A stretch of 64,000 bases of DNA from Torpedo marmorata (Eukaryota). Below, piece after piece: positions 38,743-51,846 of the stretch; the first letter of the stretch is position 1; the number at the start of each line of letters is the position of its first letter. The translations under genes were made by a program, and so were the position numbers. The notes beneath the pieces were generated by a model. That model saw nothing but the letters and a program-made list of their open reading frames with translations. It made no database searches and was not told the DNA's origin. Location of the stretch: positions 25,110,001-25,174,000 of the forward strand of contig OZ360229.1 of assembly GCA_977017645.1 (NCBI GenBank). The letters run 5' to 3'.

Positions 38743-39419
38743 AGTTGTAGAATAAATATTAAATTCACAAGGTTGCAACATGCCCAGATAAATGATGAGG
38801 CACTGTTCCTCAAGCTTGTGTTGTCCCTCATTGTAATATGCAACTGCCAATAAAATTCGTTCACATTGGGGAATTAGCTCGAATGAGAATAACGAGTTTA
38901 TATTATGGGTAATGGATTCAACAGATGGGTGATGGATTGAACAGAATTCAACCACTTGCCTGATTTTGTAAATTTCAAGAGCTGAAATTAAATGTGCACA
39001 ATGAAATGTGCTGAAGGTTTTGGACATTAATCATGATCTGCTTTGATGAAGCATGACTAATTGCTGGATTACTTTAAAGACAAATGACCTGTACCTGAAA
39101 GTGAAATTGGTGCTTTTGAGGGAAATGAGTCCCTTTATTTTCCATCTTTGCTGATCCTGAGTGGATCTCCACTAATGAATGATGCCTTCTGGCCAAGCAT
39201 CGATGTTGTGCGTTGAGGTTTGGTGGTTCTCTGGAGGCATTACTGGATAATAAACAGAGCTGAGGCTAATTTTTTGGTTCTTTGCCTATCCCTCCAAGAT
39301 GTCCTGCTCTCTCCTGTTCCCTGCAGAGATTCTGAAGAACTGTTGTATTTTCACAGTCCAGTTGGAAACCATGCTGGTATCTTTACGTGAACCCTGGCAG
39401 CAATATGGGCTATATGGTA

Positions 39420-39588
39420 GTAAAACACAAAAGTCTGCAGACACCATGATTGAAGCAAAAGCACAATGATGGAGAAACTCAGCAGGTCAAACTGTACTTT
39501 ATATAGCAAAGATACATGACCAATGTTTCGGGCTTGAGCCCTTCATCACTGTTTGACCTGCTGAGTTTCTCCCGCATTGTGTTTTTAT
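39420..39588. mobile_element. Fold-back Penelope-derived element
   Basis: gagaaactcagcaggtcaaac / gtttgacctgctgagtttctc arms. Hammerhead-like core on the minus strand. Flanks tgggcta(ta)tggta repeated. Confidence 0.8.
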
Positions 39589-39664
39589 TTGGGCTATGGT
39601 ATTTCATTTATCCACCAAGTCATTGAAAGGAAAAATAAGACATTTCACTTTGCATCCATTGAAG

Positions 39665-40275
39665 TAGATTTAGATTCAGATTTATTGTCAGAGTACATAC
39701 ATGACATCACGTACAGCCCTGAGATTCTTTCCTGTGGGTGAGGCAGAATTACCACTTATTGGCAGTGCAAAAAAAATGACAACATACACATGCAAACAAA
39801 TAAATATAAACAAACTGCAATACAGAGAAAATCCATAAAGTGCAAAAGTAAGAGTCCTTAAATAAGTCCCTGATTGAGTTTGTTGTTGAGGATCTGATGG
39901 TGGAGGGGTAGCAGCTGTTCCTGAACCTGGTGGTGCGAGTTTTGAGGCACCTATACCTCTTTCCTGATGGTAGCAGTGAAAACAGAGCATGTGCTGGATG
40001 ATGTGGACCCTTGATGGTTGCAGTGCTCCCTATAGATGTTCTCAATGGTGGGGAGGGTTTTACCGTGATGTCCTGGGCTGTGTCCACTATCTTTTGCAGG
40101 GCTTTTTGCTCGGGCATTGAAGTCCCCATACCAGACCATGATGCAGCCGGTCAGCACACTTTCCACCACACATCTGTAGAATTTTGCCAGGGTTTCCGAT
40201 GTCATGCCAAACCTCTGCAAACTCCTGAGGAAGTAGAGGCGCTGACGTGCTTGCTTCACAATGTCATTTGTGTGT
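39665..40275 (-). mobile_element. Older Rex1/Babar 3' fragment
   Basis: ARQRLYFLRSLQRFGM...FYRCVVESVLTGCI, and HPAHALFSLLPSGKRYR. Confidence 0.85.
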
Positions 40276-40885
40276 TGGCAATTTGTGCTTTGACAATAAC
40301 TGGTAATATAGGATGTTCACCGTGTGCTCTCCACCAGCCTGGTGACCACATATTCTTTTTATGTTGGCTGAAGGATGACTATTGACTGGGAGTTGATGTA
40401 TACTCTTTCTATTAATTGAAATAATCTCAGATTGTATATATCAACCCGACCAAACAGATGGGTCTAAGTTTAATGTTTTAATGATGGCAAAAATGGAGTG
40501 TGGGTTTAGATGATTTCGTTCAACCTGTGGAGTATAACCTGAGCCATGACCTAACTCTGAATGGAAATCAACACTCACTAACACTTTTTGAGCAGGTGAG
40601 GAGCCTGCTTCTTCCTATTGACTATCCAGCAGTAAGGTGATAGACAACGCAGTTATCTCATTGACGGCTTCAAATGTTCCAGCTCTAACATTTAATAATC
40701 TGGTCTCTTACCTATGAGGAGGCCACGGTTTTATGCATTATATTGGGAGAACAGGATTGATGACAGAGGATTTGGTCAGGTGGACTTCTATTTGAGGCCA
40801 CTTGAGATCCTTAGGTAAGAACAATTTGCACTATCATAGTACCTTTTATGTACCAAGGTGTTTTGCATTGGGATCAAACCAAACC

Positions 40886-41015
40886 ACATAAAAACATGAA
40901 CAATGGTCGGTTTGGTACTTCTTACAGGAGGAGAGGTGGGAATTCTTCAACCATTAAAAACATGAACAATGGTTTGGTGTTTCTTAAAGGAGGAGAGACA
41001 GGAATTCTTTAACCA
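40886..41015. repeat. Imperfect tandem duplication of a ~65-bp unit
   Basis: aaaaacatgaacaatggt...cttctta.aggaggagag..ggaattctt.aacca occurs twice. Confidence 0.7.
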
Positions 41016-41099
41016 ATGAATTGTTAATTATATAATGAGATATTATTAAGGGCATTTCATGGACTTTTTAAACGTGTAAACCCATCCACCAAAACATCA

Positions 41100-41530
41100 A
41101 CAGTGGGTGTAACAAAAGAAGGTATGACAGTTCGTCTGAGGATATCTTTGATTAGGCCTTACTTGGAGCTCTGGCAACCACATTACAGAACGTAGGTCGA
41201 GGCCTTTGACAGGATGCAGATTAGAGACTATTAGCTATAAGGAGAGTTTGGACAAACCTGGGTTGTTTTCTCTGGAGCATCACAGGCTGAGAGGCGACCT
41301 GATAGAAGTTTATGACATTTAGAGAGGCACAGATAAGGTCTTTTTCCCATGGTGGAAATGTCAAATACCAGAGAGCATAGCTTGAATGTGAAAGGAGAAA
41401 GCTTAAAATAGATTTCCAAGACGTCTTTTTTTAAACACAGAATGGTAGGTGCTGGAACACACGGGGAGAAGTAGTGAAAGCAGATACAATAGTCGCTTTT
41501 AAACAAGCAAATGAAAGGGCAGGGATGAAG
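41100..41530 (+). mobile_element. Degenerate CR1 fragment
   Basis: gggttgttttctctggagc...aggctgagaggcgacctgatagaagt. Confidence 0.6.
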
Positions 41531-41829
41531 GGATGTCACGTGTATCAAGATGCAGTGATCGAGGTTGTTTTGGGAGCAGACCAGTAGATATACATAGTGC
41601 AACAAGTAGAAATGTGAAGTCATGGAGAGAGATTAGTTGGGATGGAGCAAAGGCAAGATCATTTTACTATTTTACCTTCATTTTGGAGTCTGGTAACTAA
41701 ACTGTCCTTGAGGCTGGTTGTGTGTGGTCTCGCACTTGCGAATCTTCCTGACCACATGTAGGCAGATATTTTATTCTATATATGCATATGTAGAGTATAT
41801 ATATATAAAATACACACGCACATATTATG

Positions 41830-42195
41830 GCACGCAAAATCATTGAGGACCTCTTCCACCCCACGCACAGCATCTTTCAGCTGCTGGCGTTGGAAACAAT
41901 ATACAGGAGTATCAGAGCCAGCACCACCAGGCAGAGGAATAGTTTCTTCCTCCGGGCAGTGAGAATGTTGAACGGCCAAAGGAGCTGCTCACACTAACCA
42001 TCCGAAACTCTCATATTTACAAAACTTTATTTATATATATGAATATTTGTCCTGCATACCTATTGTTTGTGTGTTGTCTGTTTGTGTTTTGCACCGAAGA
42101 CCGGCTAACGCTGTTTCCTGGGTTGTACCTGTGCAATCAGATGACAATAAACTTGACTTGACACACACACACACACACAATAAACTTGACTTCAC
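41830..42195 (+). mobile_element. Rex1-type 3' end with a duplicated aataaacttgactt tail and microsatellites
   Basis: Degenerate HP..IF.LL..G..YRS coding remnant, then tgacaataaacttgacttga. Confidence 0.6.
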
Positions 42196-42265
42196 GCACA
42201 CACACACAGTCATATATATGTATATGTTTATATATATACTGTGTGCATATATATATATACTCTTT

Positions 42266-42302
<37 letters not shown>

Positions 42303-43689
42303 TTTAGGTGAGTGGCCATTTCGAGCTCTGATTAAACAGGAAATATTGTGGTCAGAATCAATAATGTCAAGAACACTGATGGCTTATAGGGTTATTTTCA
42401 CTATTAGGTAAAAGCAAGTTCTAAGTGCGTTCTATGCCACTTTCATGTAGGTGCGTTAGCAGAAAAGCAATGCTTGATCATGGCAACTTTTCATGAGGAA
42501 TGGGAGGAGGGTGGAGAAGTATCAGCTGCCACACTAGAGAGGGGCGAGATGCGTTCCCTCCTCCCCTGCCGATAAAGGGTCTGTGTTCTCCTCTGGACTT
42601 CAGAGTCACTGATGCATCTTTCTTAGCCATAATCCCTGGTGTCACATCTAAGAATCTAGTCACTGTCTCCTTTGCTTCCTGAAATGAATTGAGCTGTTTC
42701 ACCACCTGTACCGAGGTACAGTTAAAAACTCTTGTGTTGTGTGCTATCCAGGCAAGTCAACCTATCCGTATTACAACAGATTCCTGAGGAGTACAGTTGG
42801 GTGACACCCAGCACTCCCCACATTCTCAAGGACTCCACATACTGAACACTGCTCTAAGGAAATCGTTTTTCAGGGACTTTTTCTAAGGAGTGTTAAGATC
42901 CAAATGTGAATTAGATGCATTCTTAATAAGAAAAATCGTGGGAAAGGAACAGAGTAGGTTCAACTACTTGAATAGATCTGTTGCAGGCAGGGTCGACCTC
43001 TAAAAATCTTTAGTTGCGAAGCCACCAAATGAAGGACATAACGATATAAAAGCACATGACGACTCTTGAAGTACTTTATTTCTGTCACCAGAGGGAGCCG
43101 CATCCCAACGTTCTGATTTGTAACTGCGAGACTATTAACACATCTCCCACCCTCTGACAATAACAACAGCTGAATATCAGCGCTGGTGTGGGGGAGCATG
43201 ACGGAAAATAATACTGACGAAGCAATAATTGTACAACTTTTACATGCACACAAAATTGAAATTATTAAGAGATCCCTCCACTCGATACTATTTTAAAATA
43301 AATTGGTTATGTATCCATTACATATAGGATATATTGATGAGGCATTCTTCCAGAGCGTTTCTTAAGAACGTAAGCATTTAATACACCATTCCCTTCATGC
43401 ACCATTTTGCTTCAACATTAAACTCTTTGTTGTGCCCAACAACTTTATATGGTTAAAATGTTTAAATGAAATTTCTTCTCTCAGACGGTTGTGGATCTTG
43501 GTATTATCCGTCCCAGCAGTTGCGGATACTGAGTCTAAATTTATTCAGGACTGAGATTTTGGATTTTCAGGGAATTGAGTTTAAATTTTCTTATTTTCAA
43601 TCTATGACCCATAGTTTTATATTCCCCTATGCTAGGGGAAAATGTGTGCCTTATATATGCACCTCATGATTTTATAACCCTCTATAAGC

Positions 43690-43778
43690 ACACACCCCCC
43701 CCCGCACTTAACCCCCCCCTCCCCCCCCCGCACTTAACCCCCCCTCCCCCCCCCCGCACTTAAACCCCCCCCCCCCGT
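43690..43778. repeat. C-rich tandem repeat (cccccccgcacttaa x3) within old CR1 sequence
   Basis: Seen directly in the sequence. Confidence 0.75.
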
Positions 43779-44319
43779 GCTCCAGGGAGAAAAGCCCAAG
43801 GCCACTCAGACGCTTTATATTTCAAGCCTGCTGTGAATCTTTTCTGCACCCTTTCTTTTAATGACTTCTTTCCTATGGCTGGGTGACCATACATATACTC
43901 AATACTTCGAGTGTGGTCTCAAGAGTGTATGGTACAGTTGTAACATGACTTCCCTGCTCCTGTACTCATTACCCTGACATGTGAAGGCAAGCGTGTCAAA
44001 TTCCTTCTTACTTCACCACCCTGTGTAATGTGGCGCCACTTTCATGGAACACTGTATCTGTACCCTCAAGTCTCTCTGTTCTCCAATAGTCTCTAGGCCC
44101 CAGCATTCACCATGTTATCATGGTTTAATTTAGCAAAGTATAACACCTCGCACTCATCCAAGTTAAATTCCATCTTCCGTGGCTTCACACATAAATGACC
44201 TGTGATCTTTAAGGGGCCTATTCTTTCCCTAGTTAATATACTTGTCGAATCTCCAAGGACATTCCTTAACCGTCTTGGCTAGAACCATCCCACACCCATC
44301 TTTGCCCTCCTTATTTAAA

Positions 44320-44972
44320 ACGTAGAACATTACAGAACAGTTCAGGCCCTTCAGCCCACGATGTTGTGCAGACCTGTATATACCTACCAAAAAAAAAACT
44401 AAACCCTTCCTACCTCATGACCCTCTATTTTCTTCCATCCATGTGCCTGTCTAAGAGTCTCTTAATTGCCCCTATGTTTCAGCCTCCACGACCATCCCTG
44501 GCAAGGCATTCCAGGCACCCACAACTCTCTGTGTAAAAAAACTTACCCCTGATGTCTCCCCTAAACTTTCCTCCCTTCACATTGTACTGATGTCCACTGG
44601 TGTTTGCTACTCCTGCCCTGGGAAAAAGACACTGCCTGTCTACCTTATCTATGCCTCTCAGAATCTTGTAGACCTCTATTAAAAAGTAAAGTTTCCATTA
44701 TGTGTCACCTCTCATCCTTCTTCACTCCAAAGAGAAAAACCCTAGCTCTGTTAACCTTGCCTCATAAAACATATTTTCGAATCCAAGCAACATCCAACTA
44801 AATCTCCTCTGCACCCTCTCCATAGCTTCCACATCCTTCCTGTAATGAGGTGACCAGAACTGAACACAACATTCTAAGTGTGGTCTCACCAGAGATTAAA
44901 AGAGCTGCAACATCACCTCACTACTCCTGAACTCAATCCCCCGACGAAAAGCCCAGCACCCCATAGGCCTTC
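44320..44972 (-). mobile_element. CR1 3' fragment (same family as 18691), nested in older CR1 sequence at ~43600-45200
   Basis: High similarity to 18691-19360. Confidence 0.85.
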
Positions 44973-45329
44973 TCTTGGAGTATACTCCTACAATTCTCTA
45001 TATTGCTCGTTCGCTTGGTTTTAAATGTCTATAACTGACACGGGCCTCTTTTTTTCTTGAGCAGAACCTCAATATCTTTGGTCATCCAGGGTTCCCTAAT
45101 CTTGCCAGCCTTCCCTTAGTTTTAACAGACACATACTGTCCCTGAACGTTCCCCATCTTTCCTTTAAAAGCCTCTCACTTCTCCGGTATCTTTCCCCTGC
45201 AACATAGCGTCTCCCAATCAATCTTTGCAAGTCCGTTTATTGCCCATCCCTTAATGCTTTTCAGAAAGTAGTGCCAATTCACCTTCTTGCAATCCTTCTG
45301 GTAAAAGTACTTCCACAAGGCTGTTGGGT

Positions 45330-46750
45330 GGGGAGTTCCAGGAGTTAGATCCCGCGACCAGGAAGGAATGAGGATGGAACCCGCCGCATCGTCGGTTTCT
45401 GTCTGTTAATAAGGCAGCAAGATTGTAGATGTAAGTACTGTATCCGTCTCCACGTCCGAACTTACACGCTGGGGGAATGGGGGGAGGGGTGGTGGGAGGC
45501 AGGGGTGGAGTAGTCCTGGGAAAATGACCTTGGAAAGAATGGGGCGAGATGGGAAAGGAAAGGGGGATGCGGTGGGAGAAGGGGAATTGTCTATTGCCTT
45601 TTCCTTTGGATGCGGGTTCAGTTAATCCCACACTCCAGCTGCCCTTTTTTTAAAAAAGTTAACCAGAAGAGTTCCGGCTAAGGTGGCAAACGATTTCCCG
45701 GAGAATGCAAAATTGCCCTGGAGTTTCCCCAAATGCAATTCCTTCCCTACATTTGGGGACCACTGACTTATTGGGAGGAACAAAACCAAAGTCACGAACG
45801 ACGGGGAAACAGTTTCTGTCTGTTGTCGTTCAAGTTAGTTTAAAAAAAAACCCATGCTGCCAATATTTCCTTCTGGTTTCGCCGTCAGACTCCGTTGTGT
45901 TGAGTGTGGATCAGCCGTTGTCCTGGCGATGGCAGCGAAGCGCCCCCTTTTACTCTCTGGGACAGAGAGAAGGCCGAGAGAAGTTTGCAGAAAAAATCTT
46001 GGTGGTTCAAAGGAATATATATGTATATTTGGGGGGGGGGGGATATCTGATCTTCGTGGGAATGAACCGAAAACCTCCGCTTAACCCACCCACTCCCTGG
46101 AAGATGTGGGGCGTGTTGGTGGGGAGAGTTAAGAGAAGCAACACTGTCGACATCGCTGAGATTAACTCAACTGGAAGTCCTGTCCGGTAAGAGCCATAAA
46201 CTGTGGACCAAACGAGTCGAGACTACGGTTAATATTTCTGGCGTCCGGACAGCTCGCTCGCGTTTATTAAACGTCCTAGTTATTAATTTTCTGAATGAAC
46301 TTCCTGCTCTCCCCGCCAACCCACCCACTACCTCCCGCCAGCAACCTCCTTGCACATAAAATGTAGCGTTTCAATGGTTTATCCCTCTAATGATGTGCAT
46401 TGAAAGACACACAAAAAGTTCAGGAATTTGTTTGATGCTTTAATTTGAACGGAGGAAGATAATTAGGGTATTAGCTGGTAGAAAATAGGAAGTATTTTTT
46501 GTGTGCGCGCGTATGTGTGTGTGTGCTCCGGATGCGGGAACATGTTCTGGGGGAATGGGAGAGTGGATCATTTCAGCGCTCTCTGTCCACACCGTCCTCT
46601 GCTGAAATTAAACGTGCAATTGACATCCCAGGGCGATCGCTGTCCTCCGTCACACAAAAAAAATCAGAAACTGGTGTAAACGTTCAGCAGGTCACGGCAG
46701 CATCTGTGAAAAAAATAAACAGAGAGATAACGTTTCAGATCGTGAGATGT
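45330..46750. promoter_or_regulatory. Local CpG-enriched island-like segment
   Basis: Frequent CpG in non-repeat sequence and G-runs at 45471-45505. Confidence 0.4.
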
Positions 46751-46799
46751 TGTCAGGTGCATTCACTTGACCTCAAACTGTCCTTAGTTTCAGGAGCTC

Positions 46800-47790
46800 C
46801 AAAGATCACTTCACTGTCCACTGTACCAACAATGTTGGTGTCACCTGCAAATTTACTCATCATGCACCCTACATTCTCATTGAAATCATTAATGCCAAAC
46901 AACAGAGGACCCAGCGGTGATCCCTACAGCATGGCCACATGCCTCCGATCTGAAAACAACTCTCCACTACCACGCTCTGCTCCTTACTACCAAGCCAATT
47001 TTGTGTCCAACTCACCCCTTGATCCAACTTGCTCAAACCTTCATGGAAGACCTTGTCAAAGTCCATGTTCATCTCTCATCAATCTTCTTGGTCACCTTTT
47101 CAAAAAACTCAATCAAATTAGTGAGACACAATGTTCCTCTTGCAGAGCAATACTGACTATCCCTAGTCGGGCTTTAACTTTCCAAATGCAATTAAATCCC
47201 TTCCAATAACTTTCCACCATTGATGTAAGGCTCTTCAGCCTGTAGTTCTCTGACTGATCCCTGCTGTCTTTTGAAAGAAAAGGCACAACATTAGCTATAC
47301 TCCAATCTTTTGGTACAGTACCCATGGCTAACAAAGATACAAAATTCTCTGCCAGGGCTCCAGCAATCTCCTCTCATGCTTCCCATAACATTCTCGGATA
47401 CACTTGGTGAAGCCCCTTGGATTTACCTAATTTTATACGTTGGAATGTTGAAATGTTCCAGGATATCACTGTTCTCTCCGTGGACTCACCAGTTTCCAAG
47501 TCATTCTCCACAGTAAATACAGACAAGAAGACCCCACCATTTCCCATGGTTCTACACATAGGCAACCAGACTGATCCTTAAGGGGATCCACTCTCTCCCT
47601 CGCTACCCTTTTGCTTTTAATATCCTTTTCAAATCTATTAGGATTCTCCTTTATCTTGGCTGCCAAGGATATCTTATGCCCTCTTCTTGCCTTCCAAATT
47701 TCCTTCTTAAGTGTACTCCTTCACCCTTTATACTTCTCAAGGCATCAGCTTGATCCCAAGTGCCTACACCAGTCATATGCCTCCTTTGAC
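46800..47790 (-). mobile_element. Degenerate CR1 RT fragment
   Basis: VPKDWSIANVVP..NYR..SLTS, MDFDKVFH and KIKENPNRF..IKSKR. Confidence 0.8.
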
Positions 47791-48130
47791 CAGTTTACCA
47801 CTGGAATCAGCAATGTTTTCATCAGTTGCTGTGTTTATGGTTAACATTATAATATTACAACATAATGCAACATCATTATCAGCATCTTTAATAAAACAAC
47901 AACAGAATTAAGACCTCTAAGCACTTAAAATTAGTTGCAATTAATTGTGCATTTATAAAAATGACAAGTAAATTATGGATTTAATTTAATTGTAATACTA
48001 TATCATACTATTTTAACAGTATAGATGGAAAATGTTTTGTCTTTGATAGGAAGAGAATGGGAGGTAGAGTGAAAGGGAATAGGTTAAGGGGGTGTACAAA
48101 GAGGAGTAGAATAGGATTGGGGTACAAAGT

Positions 48131-48310
48131 GTAAAAACGCAATGCTGGAGAAACTCAGCTGGTCAAACAGTGTACTTTATGTAGCAAAGATAAAGATACA
48201 TATCTTTATTTTTATCTTTGCTACATAAAGTACACTGTTTGACCATCTGAGTTTCTCCAGCATTGTGTTTTTACTTCAACCACGGTGTCTGCAGACTTTA
48301 GTGTTTTACT
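48131..48310. mobile_element. Penelope-derived near-perfect hairpin with 64-bp arms
   Basis: Arms 48131-48194 and 48211-48274 are complementary at 62/64 positions, with a 16-nt loop. Confidence 0.88.
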
Positions 48311-48379
48311 TTTGGGGAGAAAGAGAATGCCCAGGAGAGCTGAGGCTACTGCATCACCCCTCCTGCAGTATACCTTTCC

Positions 48380-49116
48380 AATCTCTGAACCCTCTCTTTC
48401 CTCTCTCTCTCTGCTACCCTCATCTCTCTCACCTCAAAGCATTTCACGTCTCACTCCAACCTCTTGTTTCCAAAAAACAAAATCCCTTCTCCTCTCTCTC
48501 TCTCTCTCTCTCGCTCTCTCTCCCCATCTCATTTCTCTCCCCTCCTTTATTTTCCTCTTCCCTCTACTAATACTTCCCCAGTCTTCTTTCTTCCCCTCCC
48601 TTTCTTTTTCCCTTTCTCTTTCTCCACTTCTCTCCCATAGCTCTCCAAGCCCTCCCTCTCCCCTCTCAATTCAACTGGCTACCTTTCCCTTTCCCTTACT
48701 CTCCACCTCCCTCTCCTCTGCCTCCCTCCTGTTGCCCTGCCTGTTCCTTTCTCTTCATTCTTCCCTTGCTTCTCTTATCTCCTCTCCTCTCTTCTCTTAG
48801 TTGTCTCACTTCTTCCTTTCCCTCATTTCTCCTTTCCTCCTGTTCCCCTCTCCATTCTCCTTTCTCCCCACTTTCCTTCACTCCTCTTCTTTCCATCTTT
48901 CTCCTAACCTGTTATTCCCTCCCCTCTCCCTCTACCCTGTCCTTCACCCTTTCCCTTCACCTTTTCCCTTCTCCATTCTTCCTCACTTTTCTCTCTATCC
49001 ATTCCCTCACTCTCCCACTTCCCTCCATCCTTCACACTCTCTCTCCTCTCCCCTCTTTCCCAATCTCATCATCTCTCCATATCCCTACCATCTCTCTCTC
49101 TCTCTCTCTCTCTCTC
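48380..49116. repeat. ~740-bp CT-rich low-complexity polypyrimidine tract
   Basis: The + strand is almost devoid of G and contains (CT)n runs. Confidence 0.9.
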
Positions 49117-51391
49117 GTACCGCTGCTTTCTAGAAACAAGAGTTGGTGCTGGGACCTGCTACCTGCACTTAGATGTTAGCAGTTCAGCCCCGGGTAAATT
49201 CTACCTTTGTCTGTCCAATCCCACCCTCCCCCACTTGGCCTGTGGAGCAACAGGAAGCGAAGTGAGGGAGACCAGCACCAGTGGGAGACTTACTGGAACC
49301 ATCCTGCTACAAGACTGCAAAGCTTAAAATGCCCAGTCAGAAATGTAAGCAGCCATAGCAACCATATATTGTCATGCAAGGAAAAGTTAGGAATGGGTGG
49401 CCAGTGTTGGTCTTGCTTCATTCTGTGAAGAAATTAAATACACTCAGCGACTGACAGCCATGGGTTCTGAGGTGGGAATTCCAAAGACTCTTATTTAAAG
49501 TCTCATCTTGACTTTAAGCCTCAAGATGGTTGACCTTGTCTTCTGAGACTATATTGCAGATGTTTTCCTCCTTTGAACAGAGAAATAAAATATTGTACAT
49601 AATTGCAAATGATGGGATGGAGTTATTGCAACATGAATTTGGATTCAACAGAAATCAATACTTAGTTGGCACATGGAATTTGAGTACAGAACCAGTTGGG
49701 TTTATTTGCATTGGGAGATATGTCAATGTGTTCTAGAATCGTGGAGTTGTACAGTCAGACAGCACTAAACAGGCCCTTTGGCTCAACACATCTATTCCAA
49801 TCAAGTTTGCATTCTGGGCTACTCCCAGTTGGTTGATTTTGGCCCATATCCTCCTAAACCCTTCCTATCCATATATCTGTGCAAATATATTTTGAAACAC
49901 TGTTCTTGGAACAATATTCTTCTCACTTATTTCGAGCGTTGATGTTAACATACAGAAATTGCATTGTCCCGTTTCAATATTTGCACTGTTTCCAATAGAT
50001 GTCATGAAGTTGGCCCATTGGGTTGAATAGCTAACTCATGTTCATTTGCTGTTGGCATTCCCACAGAATGAATAGAATTATCAACTGCAGGTAAAGATTC
50101 ATCATTAAACATCAGAAGAATGGGAACGGCTATGTTGATGACTCACAGTGTAGCCCTCCTTGATGTCCCTTTAGTATACAGTAACCATGTCCCTTCCCTG
50201 CTAGGACAGTGTACTGCTAGAAAGTCTCCTGTGGTGGGTTTTGGAGGGAATGTCATTGGATCAGGAGCAGAAATCCTGAATTATTTACTCCTCTCTATTC
50301 CAGAAACGTGAATGTGCAGAATTAAAGTCACACAGGCGATTGGCTAATTCAACACAGCACAAGGAGCAAAGCCAGAACTGATGCAATGCAGGACTTCCAG
50401 TTTAAAATATTCAGGAGACATTTCACTAGTTGCAGTACACTGAACAGGTAATGGGTGGTTTGCGTGTTCTAGCAGCGAAAGGGCACTACTGATTACTGTG
50501 TACGGAGGGGATATTATCTCTCTTTAGGGCATTGAGCTAACTCTCTTTAGGACTGTGAGATATTAATAAAGATGCTCCCATTCTCCTAGTGCTTATGATG
50601 GCTCTTTGTCCACAGTTGACAATGATATTCACTATGTGAGGGATACCAACTGCAACTAATGAAAATGTGTCAGCTATTCGACCCATTGAGTCTGATTCAC
50701 AACATTACAACGATGGAAACAGGAGAATGTAATTTCTATGTTAGCATCTTGACTTGAAATGGATGTGAAGAATATCATAGTTTTCCATCTTAAGATTGAC
50801 TCATTGTTAACTTCATACATGGAGAGTGGTCCAATTACAAGAGGTTCTCGAGACTCTGTATACCCAAAGAGCCACATAGCTGGATTAGTACACTCCTTCA
50901 GGATAGAAAGGGGAATGGAGCATTATGGGGGGGAATTCTTGATTTTTTTATTCTATTATTCTACAAGGGTAAAAAGCAATGTAAATTCAAAGTTAAAATA
51001 AATGATGAAATTTTGGAAGTGAACAATAGATCTGTGAGCAAGTCAGAAAGAAAGGTGGCATGAAGTTTATCTGAGGCCGTCATTATCATTGTAAAAGTAT
51101 AGCTGGTGTCTTCCGATATGACCATAATATGGTAAGTTTTAATCTACAATTTGAGAGGGAGAAGGGAAAATCGGAAGTGTCAATATTACAGGTGAACAAA
51201 GGGGACTATGGAGCCATGAGAGGAGCTGGCCAAAGTTGACTAGAAAGATGCCCTTGCAGGGATGACAGTGGAACAACAATGGCAGGTATTTCTGGGAATA
51301 ATACAGAAGGTGCAGGATCAGTTCATTCCAAAGAGGAAGAAAGATTTTAAGTGGAGTCAGGGGCGACCGTGGCTGACAAGTGAAGTCAAGG

Positions 51392-51846
51392 TAAAAAACA
51401 CAAATGCTGGAGAAACTCAGCAGGTCAAACAGTGTCTTTTATGTAGCAAAGGTAGAAATACATAACCGACGTTTCGGGCTTGAGCCCTTCATCAAAGTAT
51501 GAGAAAATGCCGGTAGGCGTCCGAACAAAAGAGTGAGGGGGGAAGGGGGATGGCAAAGGCAGGAGATGATGGGTGGAGAAAGGAGGAAGGGGACAACAGC
51601 AAAGAGGGGGAGGAGGGATGGCTGGGTAGCTGGAGAAAAACAGGAAGGACAGGTGAGGGGGGAGGGGAAGGGAACGACAAGCAGGTTTAGTGGAAAGCAG
51701 AAAAGTCAATGTTAATGCCATCTGGCTGGAGAGTGCCCAGACGGAAAATGAGATGTTGTTCCTCCAATTTGCGGGTAGTCTGGGTGGGATAGTACATGAG
51801 GCCATGGACAGACATGTGAGTGTGGGAGTGTGACAACAAGTGTGAT
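51392..51846 (-). mobile_element. Penelope 3' fragment nested in CR1
   Basis: Closely matches 23250-23685. 16-bp TSD ACAAGTGAAGTCAAGG at 51376-51391 and 51847-51862. Confidence 0.9.
51461..51501 (-). ncRNA. Second copy of the minimal hammerhead motif
   Basis: 41 nt identical to 23319-23359. Confidence 0.65.

Noticed and set aside
48265-49179. Leu/Ser/Pro-rich ORFs
   Set aside because: They are products of the CT low-complexity tract, which lacks stop codons.
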